A stretch of DNA of 64,000 nt, taken from Eledone cirrhosa. Its lineage: Eukaryota. Location of the stretch: contig OZ024745.1 of the NCBI GenBank assembly GCA_964016885.1, forward strand, positions 47,926,001 through 47,990,000, written 5' to 3'. The notes beneath the pieces were generated by a model. It saw nothing but the letters and a program-made list of their open reading frames with translations, was not told the origin of the DNA and made no database searches. Both the position numbers and the translations under genes were made by a program. This document shows, piece by piece, positions 1-13,826 of this stretch. Every line of letters starts with the position of its first letter. Within the stretch, counting starts at the first letter, position 1.

Positions 1-2527
1 GGCAAGGAGGGGTGGGGGCAGGATTTGAATTCACAATGCACAGAACTGGATCAGATACTACAAAACAGCCAGTCCATCTCTTTAACAATATCCCTAACCT
101 GCCAACCTTGGACTGTTTTTTTTTTATTTATCGATTCTGAAAAAAGGAATGGCAATGTTGACTCTGGTAGCATTTGAACCAGGGTGCAGAGAGCAGGAAC
201 AAATACCAAGGCATTTAATCTGACACTCTAACAACTGTTGATTCACTGCCTTTTTAAGAAATATTCCATAATAATGAAGAATATATTTTTTATAAGATAT
301 CATATAACAGCACAAAGGTAAAATAATATCTCTTGTATTGCCATTACAAATAAACATATCTGATCTACTTCAGAAAAATCCTCAACACCATCAAATGATT
401 TGGCAATAAAAGGTTTATATCTCTCTTTGATACGACTACTAGATGAAATGTTTGTGATAAATGTAATGTCATGGGATAATGTAATGAGTTTGTGCTTAGA
501 ATCAGAATGGTTGTATGATTGGTCTGTGAAGACAATATCTAATATGCAATGAAGAACAATGAGTTGTGTGATTGTTCTTGAAACAAAGGAGTAGAAATTA
601 CAAAACAATAAGTGCTCAGTGTGATATAAAAATAATACTCTAGCACACTTTACTGAATTTATAGGACAATTACAAACCTTTGAAATCTAGATCAAGATTA
701 AACTTATATTTAGTAACAAAGGCTATTTGTATTAGAGGTGTGATCTTGATTTGTAAATAAAAATTAAGTAGGAACTCAGTGTATAGTCAGTGCAAACAAT
801 GGATACACAGAATTGCCATGAAATCTAGGCCAGACTGACACTGAATCATTGGCTTTACTAAATAATTATACTGGTTAAGTAATAGAATTTATCTTCAAGT
901 CATAAACAGAACACATGGGCTACTGGAATTGTTAAGTGAATGTAGTATATAAAGTTTTACCTAACTGACATAATTGGCTAAGGATTACATTGTAGTTAGG
1001 GATCAAAAGAGAAATTTAGAGAGCTGTTATGTCTACAGGAAACAGGGTTGTTCTTTTTATGCATGTGGCAGTAAAACAGAAGCACGGGTACAGATGATTT
1101 GTGTGAATGAAGAGGAACTAGATGAATATCAACGATATGATAAGCAATTATAACTTTGCAAGGAAAGTTTAATAGAAGTTGAAAACTGAAAAAGTACAAA
1201 AAGTACTGGCTAATATATGCACGCAAGAGGCTAGGATGGACAGGAAATTTTAATTAATGACACAGGCTGAAAAAGTACCAATTAATGGTAGTGGTAAAAA
1301 TACCCAGAGTAGAAGTTGATAAAACAAAAAAGACTTGGACAGAAGTAATTAGATCAAAGGTAAGATTAAGTGACATAAGATTAAGATATATGGAAGGAGC
1401 ACTGTTGCAGTTCCATCAAAACTTTACAGTCCCCCCCCCCCCCCTCTCGAAAAATTATGATAATGGTTGATGTTATGATGAAAGTGAACTTCATTGCACC
1501 ATTTATTGAAATACATAACTAAATGAATGAAACTACAAAACTACTATTTCACCAATCATAGTACAAATTCAACAACAAAGAAACTTCAAAGATAGATATA
1601 GATATTTCAGAACAAACCCAATCATTTTACAATATATTGTTTCTATCAACTATTGTAAACTCAAGATTAAACTGACAAAGACAGGATTTCTTTAAGAATT
1701 AATATCAACACTTTTTTAAGCAATCTGCACGAGATCACATCTGATTCTATGTATGATACGAAAGCTGTTCAACATTAAGTTTAAACATTCTATCACAATT
1801 CCATTTAAGTATAATTTATTATGTTCCAAACACCAGCTCAATTCTGAAAGAGTTATTTTACTTAATTGCTTCAAACTATTAATTATTTTCAAAATTAACT
1901 AAAACATAAAAGCAATGTATTTTATTAGACATGAGTAGAAATGATTAATAATTTTTAAAAATATAAAGTTATAGATTCCATTTTCTTAGATTTTATAAAA
2001 CTGTAAACATAAGTGAGTTGAAAATTATTTTTCTTTTTTTCAACATGTAATGGTTAACTGTATGTATCGAATATTTAGTGCAAATATAGACAAGATAAAC
2101 ATACATTCAACCATGCTAGCATGGAAAAAATGGACATTAAACAGAGATGACGATGACATGAAACATCTAGTAGATAAACCTTAACGGAATAATAACCAAA
2201 TTAAGTTCCTACAGAAAACGTGATGAGCATACACCTAGTTATCTACACTATTTCAACAACTTTCCTTTTTCTTTCTAACATACCCAACCTATAATTGTAG
2301 TTTATTCCTAGTAGTTCGTTAGGCTTAACTTAGATTTCCTCCTCACATTTAAACACATAAATACAATAATAAATTATGGCAGATTATTATAATGGTATGA
2401 TTGTAACTTGTACTGACAGAACTGTGTACCTCATACGTGTACATGTATATTTGTCTATATCTACATATATTTGTGATAATATGCATAAGAGGATATACAT
2501 GTGCATGTATATGTTATCGTATATATA

Positions 2528-2860
2528 TTTGTAGAATAAAGGGAAAAACTCAATGCAAGGAAGCTTTTAAAACAGCATAATGCCGTCAATGACAGAATTG
2601 GGTAAAATTTACCTCAAAGGATAGAAATCAGTGGCGAGAAGTGTGTTGGCCCACAGAAGTGATAGGAAGAAGGAAGAAAAAAATAAAATGGATGAGAGGA
2701 GATCAGACAAACATTTAAATACTCTCACTTCTGTGAGCCAACACACTTCTAGCCACTGATTTCTATCCTTTGAGGAAAATTTTACCCAACGCCTTTATTG
2801 ACGGCATTTTGCTGTTTTAACAGCTTCCTTGCATTGAGTTTTTCCTATTCTTCTACGAAT
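2528..2860. repeat. Fold-back: ~130-bp inverted arms (2528-2662 / 2725-2860) with ~60-nt spacer
   Basis: gaaaaactcaatgcaaggaagc...cacagaagtga is mirrored by tcacttctgtg...gcttccttgcattgagtttttc with scattered mismatches. Confidence 0.9.
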
Positions 2861-3079
2861 TCTAATACACTCACGCTTCAAACTTGATATTCGAGATAAC
2901 TTTGTTTGTATACATATATATATATATGAAGTACACATCCACATAGTCAGACTAACATAGGTTCTTATTTCAACCAGTTACTTTCTTAAATCAACACCAT
3001 ATATTACAAACTGGTTCTTAATCATTATGCAAAGTAATTCTACTTAATCATGCCATAACACTGGACATAAATTAAACAG

Positions 3080-3485
3080 AGAGCTCAATTCTGTGTCATC
3101 TCCTTTGTGAGGTTTAATTGGGCAAGGTCAGCTTTATCACTTCACTCCAAGTTTTCATAGGTCTTTCTCTTTCATAGTTTCCGTCAACTTTGAGTGCCAT
3201 GCACCTTTTTATATATGCGTCATCCTCCATATGCATCATATGTTCAAACCACCACTATCTCATCTCCTGTACACTGCATCTGATCCCTAGTTTTTCTGTT
3301 TCACTGATGCTTTGACATTCACACACACTACTATTCAACATCCATCGGAGCATGCAAGCTTCATTTTTCTGAGCATTTAATAGAGCTTCTTTCCTGCAAG
3401 CTCTTGCGCAATGACAACATATGAAACCTATGTTCTCCGTTAGCCTGCCTGAGGTCTCACCACATCTCTTGTGTACCCATAGTTT
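3080..3485 (-). mobile_element. Degenerate RTE LINE 3' fragment
   Basis: ORF 3255..3569 contains KLWVHKRCG and NEACMLRWM...EKLGIR, matching the RTE at 44265-47426. Confidence 0.8.
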
Positions 3486-3532
3486 ACAATACATATATCC
3501 ACACACACATATATATGATGATGATGATGATG

Positions 3533-3568
<36 letters not shown>

Positions 3569-4030
3569 TTTAAGTTTTTTGTCAGTACATTCACCTACAA
3601 TAGTTAAAAAAGCCCACAACACCCGCACCGTGAAGGTCTAGAAATACTGGCTATGGATTTAGAAATCGTGTTGGTTCAAATTAGCTGCAAAGGTCTCAAG
3701 GAAATTTTTTTTTTTAAAAACCAATAAAAAAAAAAAGTTAAAACATGAACATAGTCCTATATGTAATAATAATAATAATAATATTTATTATATAATAAGG
3801 GTGTATATGAAGGCATATATGGTATCATAATATATAATAAACATACATAAATCTCGCAATGAATATTTTAAGCTGTGACCATCACAGCTATCTTAGTAGC
3901 TATATGAAAATGTCATACATGTTTCTGGATTTTTATTTGTCATTGACATTTACTCACTTATAATTTAATGTGTATATATTATACTTACATATAGTGCATA
4001 TGCCTTCATATGTACCGCTCTTATGAACAC

Positions 4031-4062
4031 CGCTATGTCAGTGCCGTAGCACTGACATAGCG
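4031..4062 (-). other. Perfect 14-bp hairpin with C(UACG)G tetraloop on the gene-sense strand
   Basis: CGCTATGTCAGTGC-TACG-GCACTGACATAGCG on the minus strand. Confidence 0.85.
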
Positions 4063-4142
4063 TTGTTACATAAACACACAAATAGAGAGAATGGGAGGGA
4101 GGAAGCGGTAGACTGAGTGAGAGAGAGTATATATATACTTAC

Positions 4143-4283
4143 ATTTTCATAGAAAGAAAATTTAAGAGCAGATTCAGGGGCAATTTTGAAAACATTGATC
4201 CCATTGCCTCGCCACAGGGATTTCACTCCACCTTCTTCCAACATGTGTTTGAAACCTGAGCGAATTCCAGATTTTCCATGCAC
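4143..4283 (-). CDS. SLC25A25: SCaMC internal exon (141 nt): [47 protein letters not shown]
   Basis: Acceptor aatacag|GTGCAT, donor GAAAAT|gtaagt; EGxxxxWRGNG...KIAPE motif of Ca-binding carriers. Confidence 0.96.
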
Positions 4284-4753
4284 CTGTATTGATTAATTAA
4301 ATGGGAGACAGTGAAAAAGAAGAAGTCGGAAATGAGAATGAGTGGGTGATTGGAGGAGTTGGTTGGTGAGCAAGTGAATGAGTGGGTGAGTATTTGAGTA
4401 AGTATGAGAAGTGTTAGAGCAACAGAGATATTTTACTTTTCCTTTTTACTTTTTTCAGTTATCTGACAATGGCCATGTTGGAGCACTGCCCTGAAGGGGT
4501 TTATTCAATCATACCGACCCTTGTACTTTTTTTTCAGGTCTGGTACTCATTTGTCAATCTACAGACACACACACAATGGGCTTCCACTCAGTTTCTGCCT
4601 ACCAAATTTTATTCATTCACAAGGTACTGATCAATCCAAGGCTATAGTAGAAGATACTTACCCATGGTGCTACATAATAGGGGCTGAACTACATGATTGC
4701 AATATTATAAACGTAAAAAAAAAAAAAAAAAAAAAGATAATTGGTTTTCTTAC

Positions 4754-4912
4754 CTGTTGAAGAACTTTTAATCTGTCAAGGGGTGCAGTACACGTTCTTG
4801 AAACAGCTCCAGCAGTGCCTCCCGCCACGAGGTAACGCCACCACATGCCTGACTGTAGCTCTTTTTCTGTAAAGTCATCTGGTACAATGACATTTTCTCC
4901 AATGTCGATTAC
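4754..4912 (-). CDS. SLC25A25: SCaMC internal exon (159 nt): [53 protein letters not shown]
   Basis: Acceptor tttgttcag|GTAATC, donor CAACAG|gtaaga; amphipathic linker, helix H1 and PX[DE]XX[KR] signature (PLDRLK). Confidence 0.96.
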
Positions 4913-5917
4913 CTGAACAAATAGTGATGGACAGTATTCTAAAATATTCAAAGGGTCAATCTTGGCAAAGAGTATGTGTTGAGGGGCTAACAAAAGTGTT
5001 AACATAATGCAATTTGATCAAACAGTAAATTATCCAGTACAATAATTTAAAAAAAAAAATTAAATCAAATAAAAAGGACATGTGAAGTATTCCTGGTAGT
5101 ATGAGATAGTAACTGCTAGCTGTAACTGAAAATATGTAGTCATCATAATACGTCATAAACTAAGTGTGCTTTCTTCTCACATAGGTGAATGAGATTTTGG
5201 AGATAAGCCTCATTCATATACATATCAGCTGTGAGAAATAAGGCAAATTGACATTACAAAACATTATTATTGAGATAAGTGTTTATTAATAAATGATGAA
5301 TAAATTAAATTTGAATATTTTAAATGCTAAGGAATTTTATGAAATTGTAACCTATTATTTTCTGTGCCTGTTAAAAAAAAAATGAGAGAATTGAACTAAT
5401 AGATGTTATCTTGCTTGATTTTAAAAGTTTCCAAGTCTAGTTCATTGGTGTCAGTTGGTAAATAGATAAGAAATATTTCTCTCATTGCTTGTCTTTGTCT
5501 CTCTTTTTCTCTATTACACATTCTTTTTCATTTCTATTAACACGAGTTTTATGTTACTGGGGCAATCAACTGTATGTAGGAACATATGTAAGTGAGATGT
5601 CAGACTCGTTGGAGCAATCAACTGTGTGTATGAACATATGTGAGTGAGATGCAGGACCCTGGCCCATTCGAGAGGTCAACAGCTAGCAAGGAAAACAGAC
5701 ATTAAACAATGATATGTGTACCCAGTTTAGAATAGGTATACTGTATCCATGTGTGGTAAGAAGTGAGTAAAAGAGTTGGTGCCAAAAAGAAAATTTGGCA
5801 TTTGTTTCTTTGAAGCAAGCAGAGTGGCTATATAACAGTTTTCCACTTTTTCACACCTTTTTGCATTTTCATTGAAGTCTGCAAGATTTTTTTTGAGATG
5901 CATAGGCTGTGTAGCAG

Positions 5918-8296
5918 AGATCAGACAAAGCAGTGCTTCATAGTCAGTCCTGTAACTCCATCTGACCAAAGCATCATTTGATCAACACATTCTTGTTCTC
6001 AGGTAGTTGAGTGCCTTCCACTGATCCCACAGTGCTTCTGAGCCAAGAGGGAGGTCCACAGAATAAAAGAATTTCATGTCTGAAGGAGGAAAGTTGTTCT
6101 CAAACTTCTCTGATCAAAGTTGGAATCTGATCTCTTCTTGAGATGTTGTTAGAGGCTGGACATAGATGATGAAGCTTATTTAATTTTAGTCATTTGGTCT
6201 GAGATTGATATCCATGAAGGAAGTGGTGTTTATCATTAACAGGTTTTGTTATTTCAAGTCGAGTGGTAACTTCCTGTGTATCAAAGAAGAAGTGTTCACA
6301 TTGGGATCCTAACCAAATGATACTTGGTATTACCTGTGAACTCTGCTAAATACTTCAACATATTACTCAAAGGTAACAAGATCCAGCAGTAATACACTGC
6401 TTCAAAAAAGATCCGATGTCATGAGGTCTCAGAAGGCTAGCACTTGCTTTAGCTGGGAAAATGGCCTTAAAATGCATGTTGCATTGTTATTAGTTTTAGA
6501 AAGCCAGTAAGAGGTTGAAGTGTCCCTATTTTTAGCACTATGTGTTCTTGAGCTATAAATAAACCTTTAATGAAGCTACATAAAATATCAAGGTTATGAG
6601 GTTAATTTTATTGCTTTTAATCTGAAATAAAAATAGATAGCATAACTAATGATATTGTTAACACGTGTATTCTAAAATAGAAAAGGCAAAGTTAAGGAGA
6701 TAAAATGGTGAACTATAAGCAGATGAACAGAGTTCTTATCTACTACAGCTGTTTCATGTTTTAAGACAATAAATTTAATCTATTTCTCTTAGTTCATTTC
6801 AATGTAGGAAATTATAGCTCTGAGAGACTTGTGTCTTTTCCAGGGGAATACTTCTACCTACACACACGTGGACATGCCCACAAAGTCAGAAAACAGCACA
6901 GTTCCCATGACTTTCTGAAACATTTTTTTACACTCAGAGTTGCTGAAGCATGGAACAAACTACCTGCATCAGTTGTTAGCTGTCGAGACACTGCATCCTT
7001 TAAAGCCTCCATGCTTCTCGAGATCCGCCAACACTACAGCTAATGTTCCCCCTCCATACACATACACACATGTATACCATGACTCATACACTATTCACTT
7101 CCCTGACATTTGTGTATTATTCTATGTACTATACATACACCTTTGACGAGTTGTAGTGCACCTGAGCACTTTACACAATAATTTCATCATTATTATTATT
7201 AACACTATTGATTTGGAGCTAAGCATTACCCTTTATATTGTTGCAGTTACAGCTCACAACTATGTATGTTTAGCTAATTTCCTATGCAATTGCATCTTAT
7301 AGGAGCTTTCTCTGATAGGGACTTCAGTTGTATCATGAGTATCATGAAAAGACCCTTCTCCCACTAGAGCAACTTGAAATGAAGCCTCTTGCTTAAGGAC
7401 CCAACAAATCATCTGATCAAAGAAACAAACCCATGGCTCCCATGAGTCCAACACCCTAATTACATGTCTATGTGCCTTCACACTACACTTTATAGTTAGA
7501 GTAACTCAATATCTGAGGTGATATTACTGTTAAGTTGTTCAGAAATTAAAGTAGATTTTATGATTTTATTTGTTATGTAGCAGAAATCAAAGCAGTGTTC
7601 CATAGTGAGTCCTGTAAACCCCATCTGACCAAAGAATCATTTGATTGACACATTTGAGTCCCACCCTTGCAAGCAGGGAAAAGCAGACGTAAAATAATGA
7701 TGATGATGATGATGATTCTTGTTCTCTGGCAGTTGAGTGCCTTCCACTGATCACATGGTGTTTCTTAGTCAAGAGGGAGGTCCTCAGAATGGAAGATTTT
7801 CATGTCTGATGGAGGAAAGTTGTTCTCAGACGTCTTTGATAAGAACTCTGTGTCATATGTGCTTATAGTTCACCATTTTATTTCCTTAACTACTTCACCT
7901 TTTCTATTTTAGAATATACTTGTTAACAATATCATGAGTTATGCTATTTATTTTTATTTCAGATTAAAAGCAATAAAATGAACCTCATAACCTTGATATT
8001 TTATGTAGCTTCACTAAAGGTTTATTTATAGCTTAAGAACACATGGTGCTTAAAATAGGGACATTTAAACCTCTTACCAGCTTTCTAAAACTAATAACAA
8101 TGCAACATGCATTTTAAGGCCATTTTCCCAGCTAAAGCAAGTGCTAGCCTTCTGAGACCTTATGACATCGGATCTTTTTTGAAGCAGTGTATTACTGCTG
8201 GATCTTGTTACCTTTCAGTAATATGTTGAAGTATTTAGCAGAGTTCACGGGTAATATTTGGTAGGGATCCCAATGCAAGTTTTATGATTTTATTTG
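5918..8296. repeat. Complex local duplication: 7585-7840 is a direct copy of 5918-6115, 7841-8275 an inverted copy of 6300-6740; block bounded by a 17-bp direct repeat
   Basis: Direct comparison by eye; ttttatgattttatttg at 7556-7572 and 8280-8296. Confidence 0.88.
6860..7200 (+). mobile_element. CR1-clade LINE, short 3' fragment with (ATT)n tail
   Basis: TRGHAHKVRKQHSSHDF...AWNKLP, near-identical to 21135-21424. Confidence 0.88.
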
Positions 8297-9312
8297 ATTC
8301 AACGATAAAAATTCATGCAAGGTGTGTCAAATTGCATTTCATTTTAAAGCTCATTTTATGTTCTTTCTTTCTAAGCAATTCATTTTTAATATAAATTGCA
8401 TTTTTGCCGATTTTCAGATCTTTGAAATTAAGATATCAAAATAGGATTTTCATTATCATATTTCTAATGAAATACTTTATATTTTAATTTATTAATAATT
8501 TTGAGAGGATTTACTAAAATTATAATTTCATTAAAATGGTATTTGTAACATAACAAAATGTTCTTATATAAAATTATGTTGGTAGAATTTAAAATAGGTG
8601 TTTTGTTACATAGAAACAGAAGTGATTTGGAGCAGATTGGTTAAACAACATTTAAGAGTGATGAAAGAATTATTGGTTCTTTCCTCATATTCCTATTTTG
8701 AGTTAATAACTATTTCATTTGATTAATGTTAGCATGTTGGGGAAGATTCTGGGTCATTGTTTCAACATCACTATTTCACATGTAACTCAATAGTGTTATC
8801 TTAAATGATACATTATGATTAAAATAACTTCAATGAATCATGAGGAGGGGGAGGGTGCAAATCTAAAATGGATCTAACAAAAATTTCATGAGAAAAACCG
8901 TAGTCATCATTTTAAAGTCTATTTTACCATGCCAGTACATGTTGAACGAGACCGTTTGAGGCAGATTTCTATGGCCTGATGCTAACCTATTTTTGAATTT
9001 TAAGTATGATACAGACCATCAAACATGTAACCACTGAGCAGTGGGATCTCTATTTATGCAGATCATGTATATACATAGAAAATAAGCTTCATTACAGCTT
9101 TCATCTACCAAATTCCCCAACAAGTCATTTTTTGGGCCGAAGATTATAGTTGAAGTCACTTGTCCTAGGTGCAATGAAGTGGAATAGACCAGATAATTGT
9201 GAAACAAAAATCACCTCAGTATGGATTGAGTAATCGAGACAGAAGAGGGAAAAAAATCCTGAAACACTTGTGTTTGGCATTCGTACAGCTTAAAATGTAT
9301 ACAGTAGACTTC

Positions 9313-9605
9313 ATCATCATCATCATCATCATCGTTTAATGTCTATCTTCCACGCTAGCATGGGTTTAGACGGGAATTGTCCCACTTGAGGCAAGATTGG
9401 TTGTCTTGCTCGTGTAGGACTGCCTGGCAGGTTTTCTACAGCTGGATGCCCTTCCTAACACCAACCATGTTTACAGTGTGGACAGAGGTTTTTACCGTGT
9501 TACTTACACGGCCACATTACAGCGTGGACTGTGTGTTTTTTTTTTTGTGACACCTACACGACCTCATTTATTTAGGACTGGATGTTGTGGTACCAACATA
9601 ACTTT
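9313..9605 (-). mobile_element. RTE 3' UTR fragment ending in (GAT)n
   Basis: Collinear with 43878-44170 (gctggatgcccttcctaacaccaac core). Confidence 0.85.
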
Positions 9606-9637
9606 ATGTTTATTATACATTAACATACTGAATATGC

Positions 9638-9676
<39 letters not shown>

Positions 9677-10941
9677 CATACACACACATACTAAACAGGT
9701 TTGTAGTTTTTATTCTCCAAATGTCACTCACAAGGTTATAATAAAAGACACTTGCCTAATAGATCAAGCAATAGTACTAAAGTCAAAGTAACATGGTTAT
9801 AAAGTAAATGTCTTAACCACAGGGCCAAGCCTGTCCTAAGCCCAGGATAAAATTCATTTTTATAACATTTAATATTTGGATCAGATGCAGTGTGCAAGGG
9901 ATATGGACATGTGATGCGTATGGAGGATGACAGCTGTACCAAAAGGTGCAAAAGTTGATGGAAGCTATGGAATAAGAAGACTCAGGAAAACTTGGGATGA
10001 AGTGATAGAAGCTGACCTGACTCGACTCATAATGTGATAACTCGTCTAACCCATGCAAGCCTGGAAAATAGACATTAAATGGTGATGAGGATGATGTTGG
10101 GAGTTAAATAAATGGTTGTATAAATATTGATATCAACAAATGTTGGAATCTACACAGCCTTGCAGACCCCATGACAAGCTTTTCCCTTGTCCTCTCATAT
10201 GTGCCACCTTCATTCCCCAACAACATGGCTTTCACCCCCAACCCCCCAATCACCCTAAGCCATGATTTTTTTTGGTCATCCCCTTCCTCTCACCCAGTTA
10301 CTTTTATCCTTCCTCAATACATGACCCAACCATCACTCCATTTCTGTTCACTGGCTCTATTCCCATCATCTTTCATTGTTTGTCTTCTATTTCCAGCATT
10401 CCATCATTGCTTGTCTTCCTTTCTCTCATTGATATTCCACTCATTCACCAGACCATTCTCATTTCAATTCTTTCCAGCCTTCTCTGCTATTCTAGCACAG
10501 GTTGGATGTATCACCATGGTTTGAGACAAGATGTGTTTGAAAAACACATCTTGCTCAAATGATCCATATTTTGGCATAGTTTCTATGGCTGGATGCTTTT
10601 CCTAATGCCAATGACTTTGCAGAGTATACTGGAGGTATTTTATCATGACACCAGCACTACCACTTTACAGAGTGTACTGGGTGCATTTTATTGTGGCATC
10701 AACACTAAAGATGTGTACTCAGCAAAACTAAAGAGACTCTTTATCTTTACCCCCACTTTATTTTTCTTTGTTAATCCTTGAATCAAAAAACTATTTTCTT
10801 TCATTTGAAGTTAAAGGTAGTTATAAAAATAAAGTTCTAATGTCATAATACCAAGAAAATTGAGCAGTGATTTTATTTTTTGAATTTGTATTGATGTTAT
10901 CAAAGCTTTCTACATATTCATGAAATAAGAAAGTAACTCAC

Positions 10942-11053
10942 TGTAGAATGCCTCCAATAAGCAATAATATCGTGGATATTTTGGCTTGGATGAAGAAGGA
11001 GATACTCGCGCCATTCGTCCCAATCAATTTTTAAAGTTCCATCCTTGTCCATT
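10942..11053 (-). CDS. SLC25A25: SCaMC internal exon (112 nt): (R)[37 protein letters not shown]
   Basis: Acceptor tttctttcag|AATGG, donor CTACA|gtgagt; degenerate EF-hand 4 followed by the conserved YWRHST linker. Not in the ORF track. Confidence 0.94.
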
Positions 11054-11711
11054 CTGAAAGAAATAAGGAGAAAAGGAATATATATTATAAAGCAATACTG
11101 AAAAATGCCTGCAAATAAATGACAAATAGCTATTTATATTAGAATCAAATATATAATGATGATGAAAATGATGATATACTTAGATACTTGGTTTCAAATA
11201 AGTTGATATTTCTTTTATACAATTTAACACACAAAATGCAAATACATGCACACTATTTTTGAATCTCATTGGCAGAGAAGGCCGACTTCTGTCATGGATG
11301 ATAATATTTCAGAACAATTTTTTTCAGTTTGTAGCATTTGTGCAACACATCTGTATGCATCTGCACACATACACACAGAGCCAAACTATTTTACTTTATA
11401 ATAAAATGAGCCTATTGACATACTCTATAACCAAAAAATACTGCATGTGTGTGTGTGTGTGTGTGTGTATACATTCAGAGATAAAGACAGATACAGACAA
11501 CACCATTGGTAGAGAACACTGACTGCTAGCATAAATAAAAGCATTTGATTACATTTAGGATATTTACCCACATCTATGCTTTTGCACATTTTTAATTGGG
11601 TTCCATGAATTCAAAATAAAAATTCTAGAAACCATTTTTGTCAGATTGTAGCATCTGTATATAACAAATGGACATGAAAGTGCTGTACAATAATCAAACA
11701 ATAATACACCA

Positions 11712-12205
11712 TGTCATCATCCTCCTCATTTTACGTCCGCTTTTCCCTGCTTGCAAGGGTTGGACGGGTCCTATTCAGCACAGCATCTCTCCACTTGTCA
11801 CGGTCCTTCGTCATCTCCTCGGTGAGTTTCAGCGATCTGAGGTCTGCTCTCACCACCTTCGCCCATGTTTTCCGTGGTCTACCTCTACTATGTCTTCCCT
11901 CCACTGGGACTTCCTGGCACTTCTTCACCCATACGCATCACATGTCCATATCATCTCAGCCTTCTATCCTGCACACCACAACTTATCCCTCTTATACCCA
12001 GTTTCTTTCTCAACTCGTCTATGCTTGGTCGTTCACGCACATTGACATTGCACATCCAACGGAGCATACTTGCTTCATTTCTCTCCAGCGGTCGCATATC
12101 TTCTGCAGTTGCTGCCCATGTCTCATTACCATGCAGCATCGCGCATCTCACACAGGCATCATATAACTGTCCTTTCGTACGCAGGGAGAAACCCTTCTTT
12201 GTCAA
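11712..12205 (-). mobile_element. RTE LINE 3' fragment (second subfamily)
   Basis: KGFSLRTKGQLYDACVRCAMLHGNETW...GRPRKTW; tail cttgcaagcagggaaaagcggacgtaaaatga shared with the SINEs at 42498, 60924 and 63179. Confidence 0.88.
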
Positions 12206-13496
12206 CTCTTTACACAAATTTACACAATGCATTTTCTATATCAGTCATCTTGCTACAATAACAAGTTTGCTTTCCCTTCACAAGGTCCTGGGTCCTAATC
12301 CTACATTTGTTCTTGTAAATAGTTACCTGTATGTCATTTGCACATATATGCTGAACATTTATCTAAGAGATAAATTAAGATATCATTTTTATCTTCCATT
12401 TGTCAGTAATCAACATAAATGGATTCTCTTAGGCAAATCACAAATTTACCAAAGCACAAATTTAAGTTTGTATGATTGTTACGTATCCAGTAATCCTGGT
12501 ATACATGGCATACTATCCTAGACTCCAAAAATTAAATAAATTCAATACTGTTGCCATCATTATTAACAACACTGATCCACTAATTATAATAGAGAATGTA
12601 GACTCTACTGGTCACATTGACAGGTATATTTTAATTTATTTATTAACTGTGGATTGTCTGACGGTACTTGATAAAATAAAGCACCGGGATAATTGCTGGC
12701 CTTGTGCCAAAAGTAGAAACAATATTTGCAGTAAGTAAACAAATGACATCAAATGTCCAACATGCCTGAGACTACTCTTAATTTCAGGATACAAAACCTC
12801 TCATGTTAAAACCTCCCATTTTTTATATAGAACATTTTTCAAAGATATATTACAAATATCAGCTTAATAATGAAAAAGAAGGAAAGTGTTAATATGAAGA
12901 TACCTTATGCAGCAACAAATTAAAAGGTATATTTTAAAACCAAGCCTAGAATTTAGATAGACTCAAAATATTCAGGACTAGGTGCTGTTAACCTTGACAG
13001 TCTTCATAGGTACAAGGTGACCTTCTCAATGAAGAAAAAAAAAAGAGTTAAAATAGGAAATCAATATAACAGTTCTTTTTGCTAAAATAACCATCTTTAG
13101 CTCTAATGGAGAAAAACATTGAGAAGAAATAGAAATTTCAATTCAAACTGCTTTTAGACCACTTACGAAAGAAAAGAAAAACAAACATTTGTTTTAGAAG
13201 GCAGTCGTAGTTTGTGGGTGAGGGAGGGAAATAAAATAGGAGCTGGTTATGTAGACTGTGCAATAAATCAGTATACAACAAATGTAAAGGGATTTCATTT
13301 TTCAATGGTGTGGCTACCGCTTTGTTTGTATTTCACCTGTCGGTGTGAGCAAGCATGCTTTACAATTACTCTATCATTGGTTAAAATAATGTCTATGATA
13401 TGAACTGAAAAAAGGAAATTTAAAAATGAAAGAGTTTTTATATAGAGAGATATATAATAATAATACCAATTTTTTTTTTTTTTACATCCTGAGTAA

Positions 13497-13826
13497 CAAA
13501 AATACACCCCCGCCCCATCCACACCACCCCTTTCGATGTAAAGTTATGTTGGTACCACAACATCCAGTCCGAAATAAATGAGGTCATGTAGGTGTCACGA
13601 AAAAAAAACACACAGTCCACGCTGTAATGTGGCCGTGTAGGTAACACGGTAAAAACCTCCCAGTCCACACTGTAAACGTGGTTGGTGTTAGGAAGGGCAT
13701 CCAGCCATAGAAAACCCACCAGACTGTCCTATACGAGCAAGACAACCAATCTTGCCTCAAGTGGGAAAACTCCTGTCCAAACCCATGCAAGCGTGGAAGA
13801 TGGACGTTAAACGATGATGATGATGA
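13497..13826 (+). mobile_element. RTE 3' UTR fragment, opposite orientation to the other young copies
   Basis: Reverse complement of 35592-35935 and 43878-44225; (GAT)n tail. Confidence 0.88.

Noticed and set aside
1-4142. Next carrier exon (H3, ...YPME)
   Set aside because: No matching peptide on the minus strand; probably left of the window.
11668-12521. Long plus-strand ORFs (125-218 aa), and similar ones antisense to 44265-47426 and 61859-62719
   Set aside because: Antisense shadows of LINE coding sequence, with no independent protein features.
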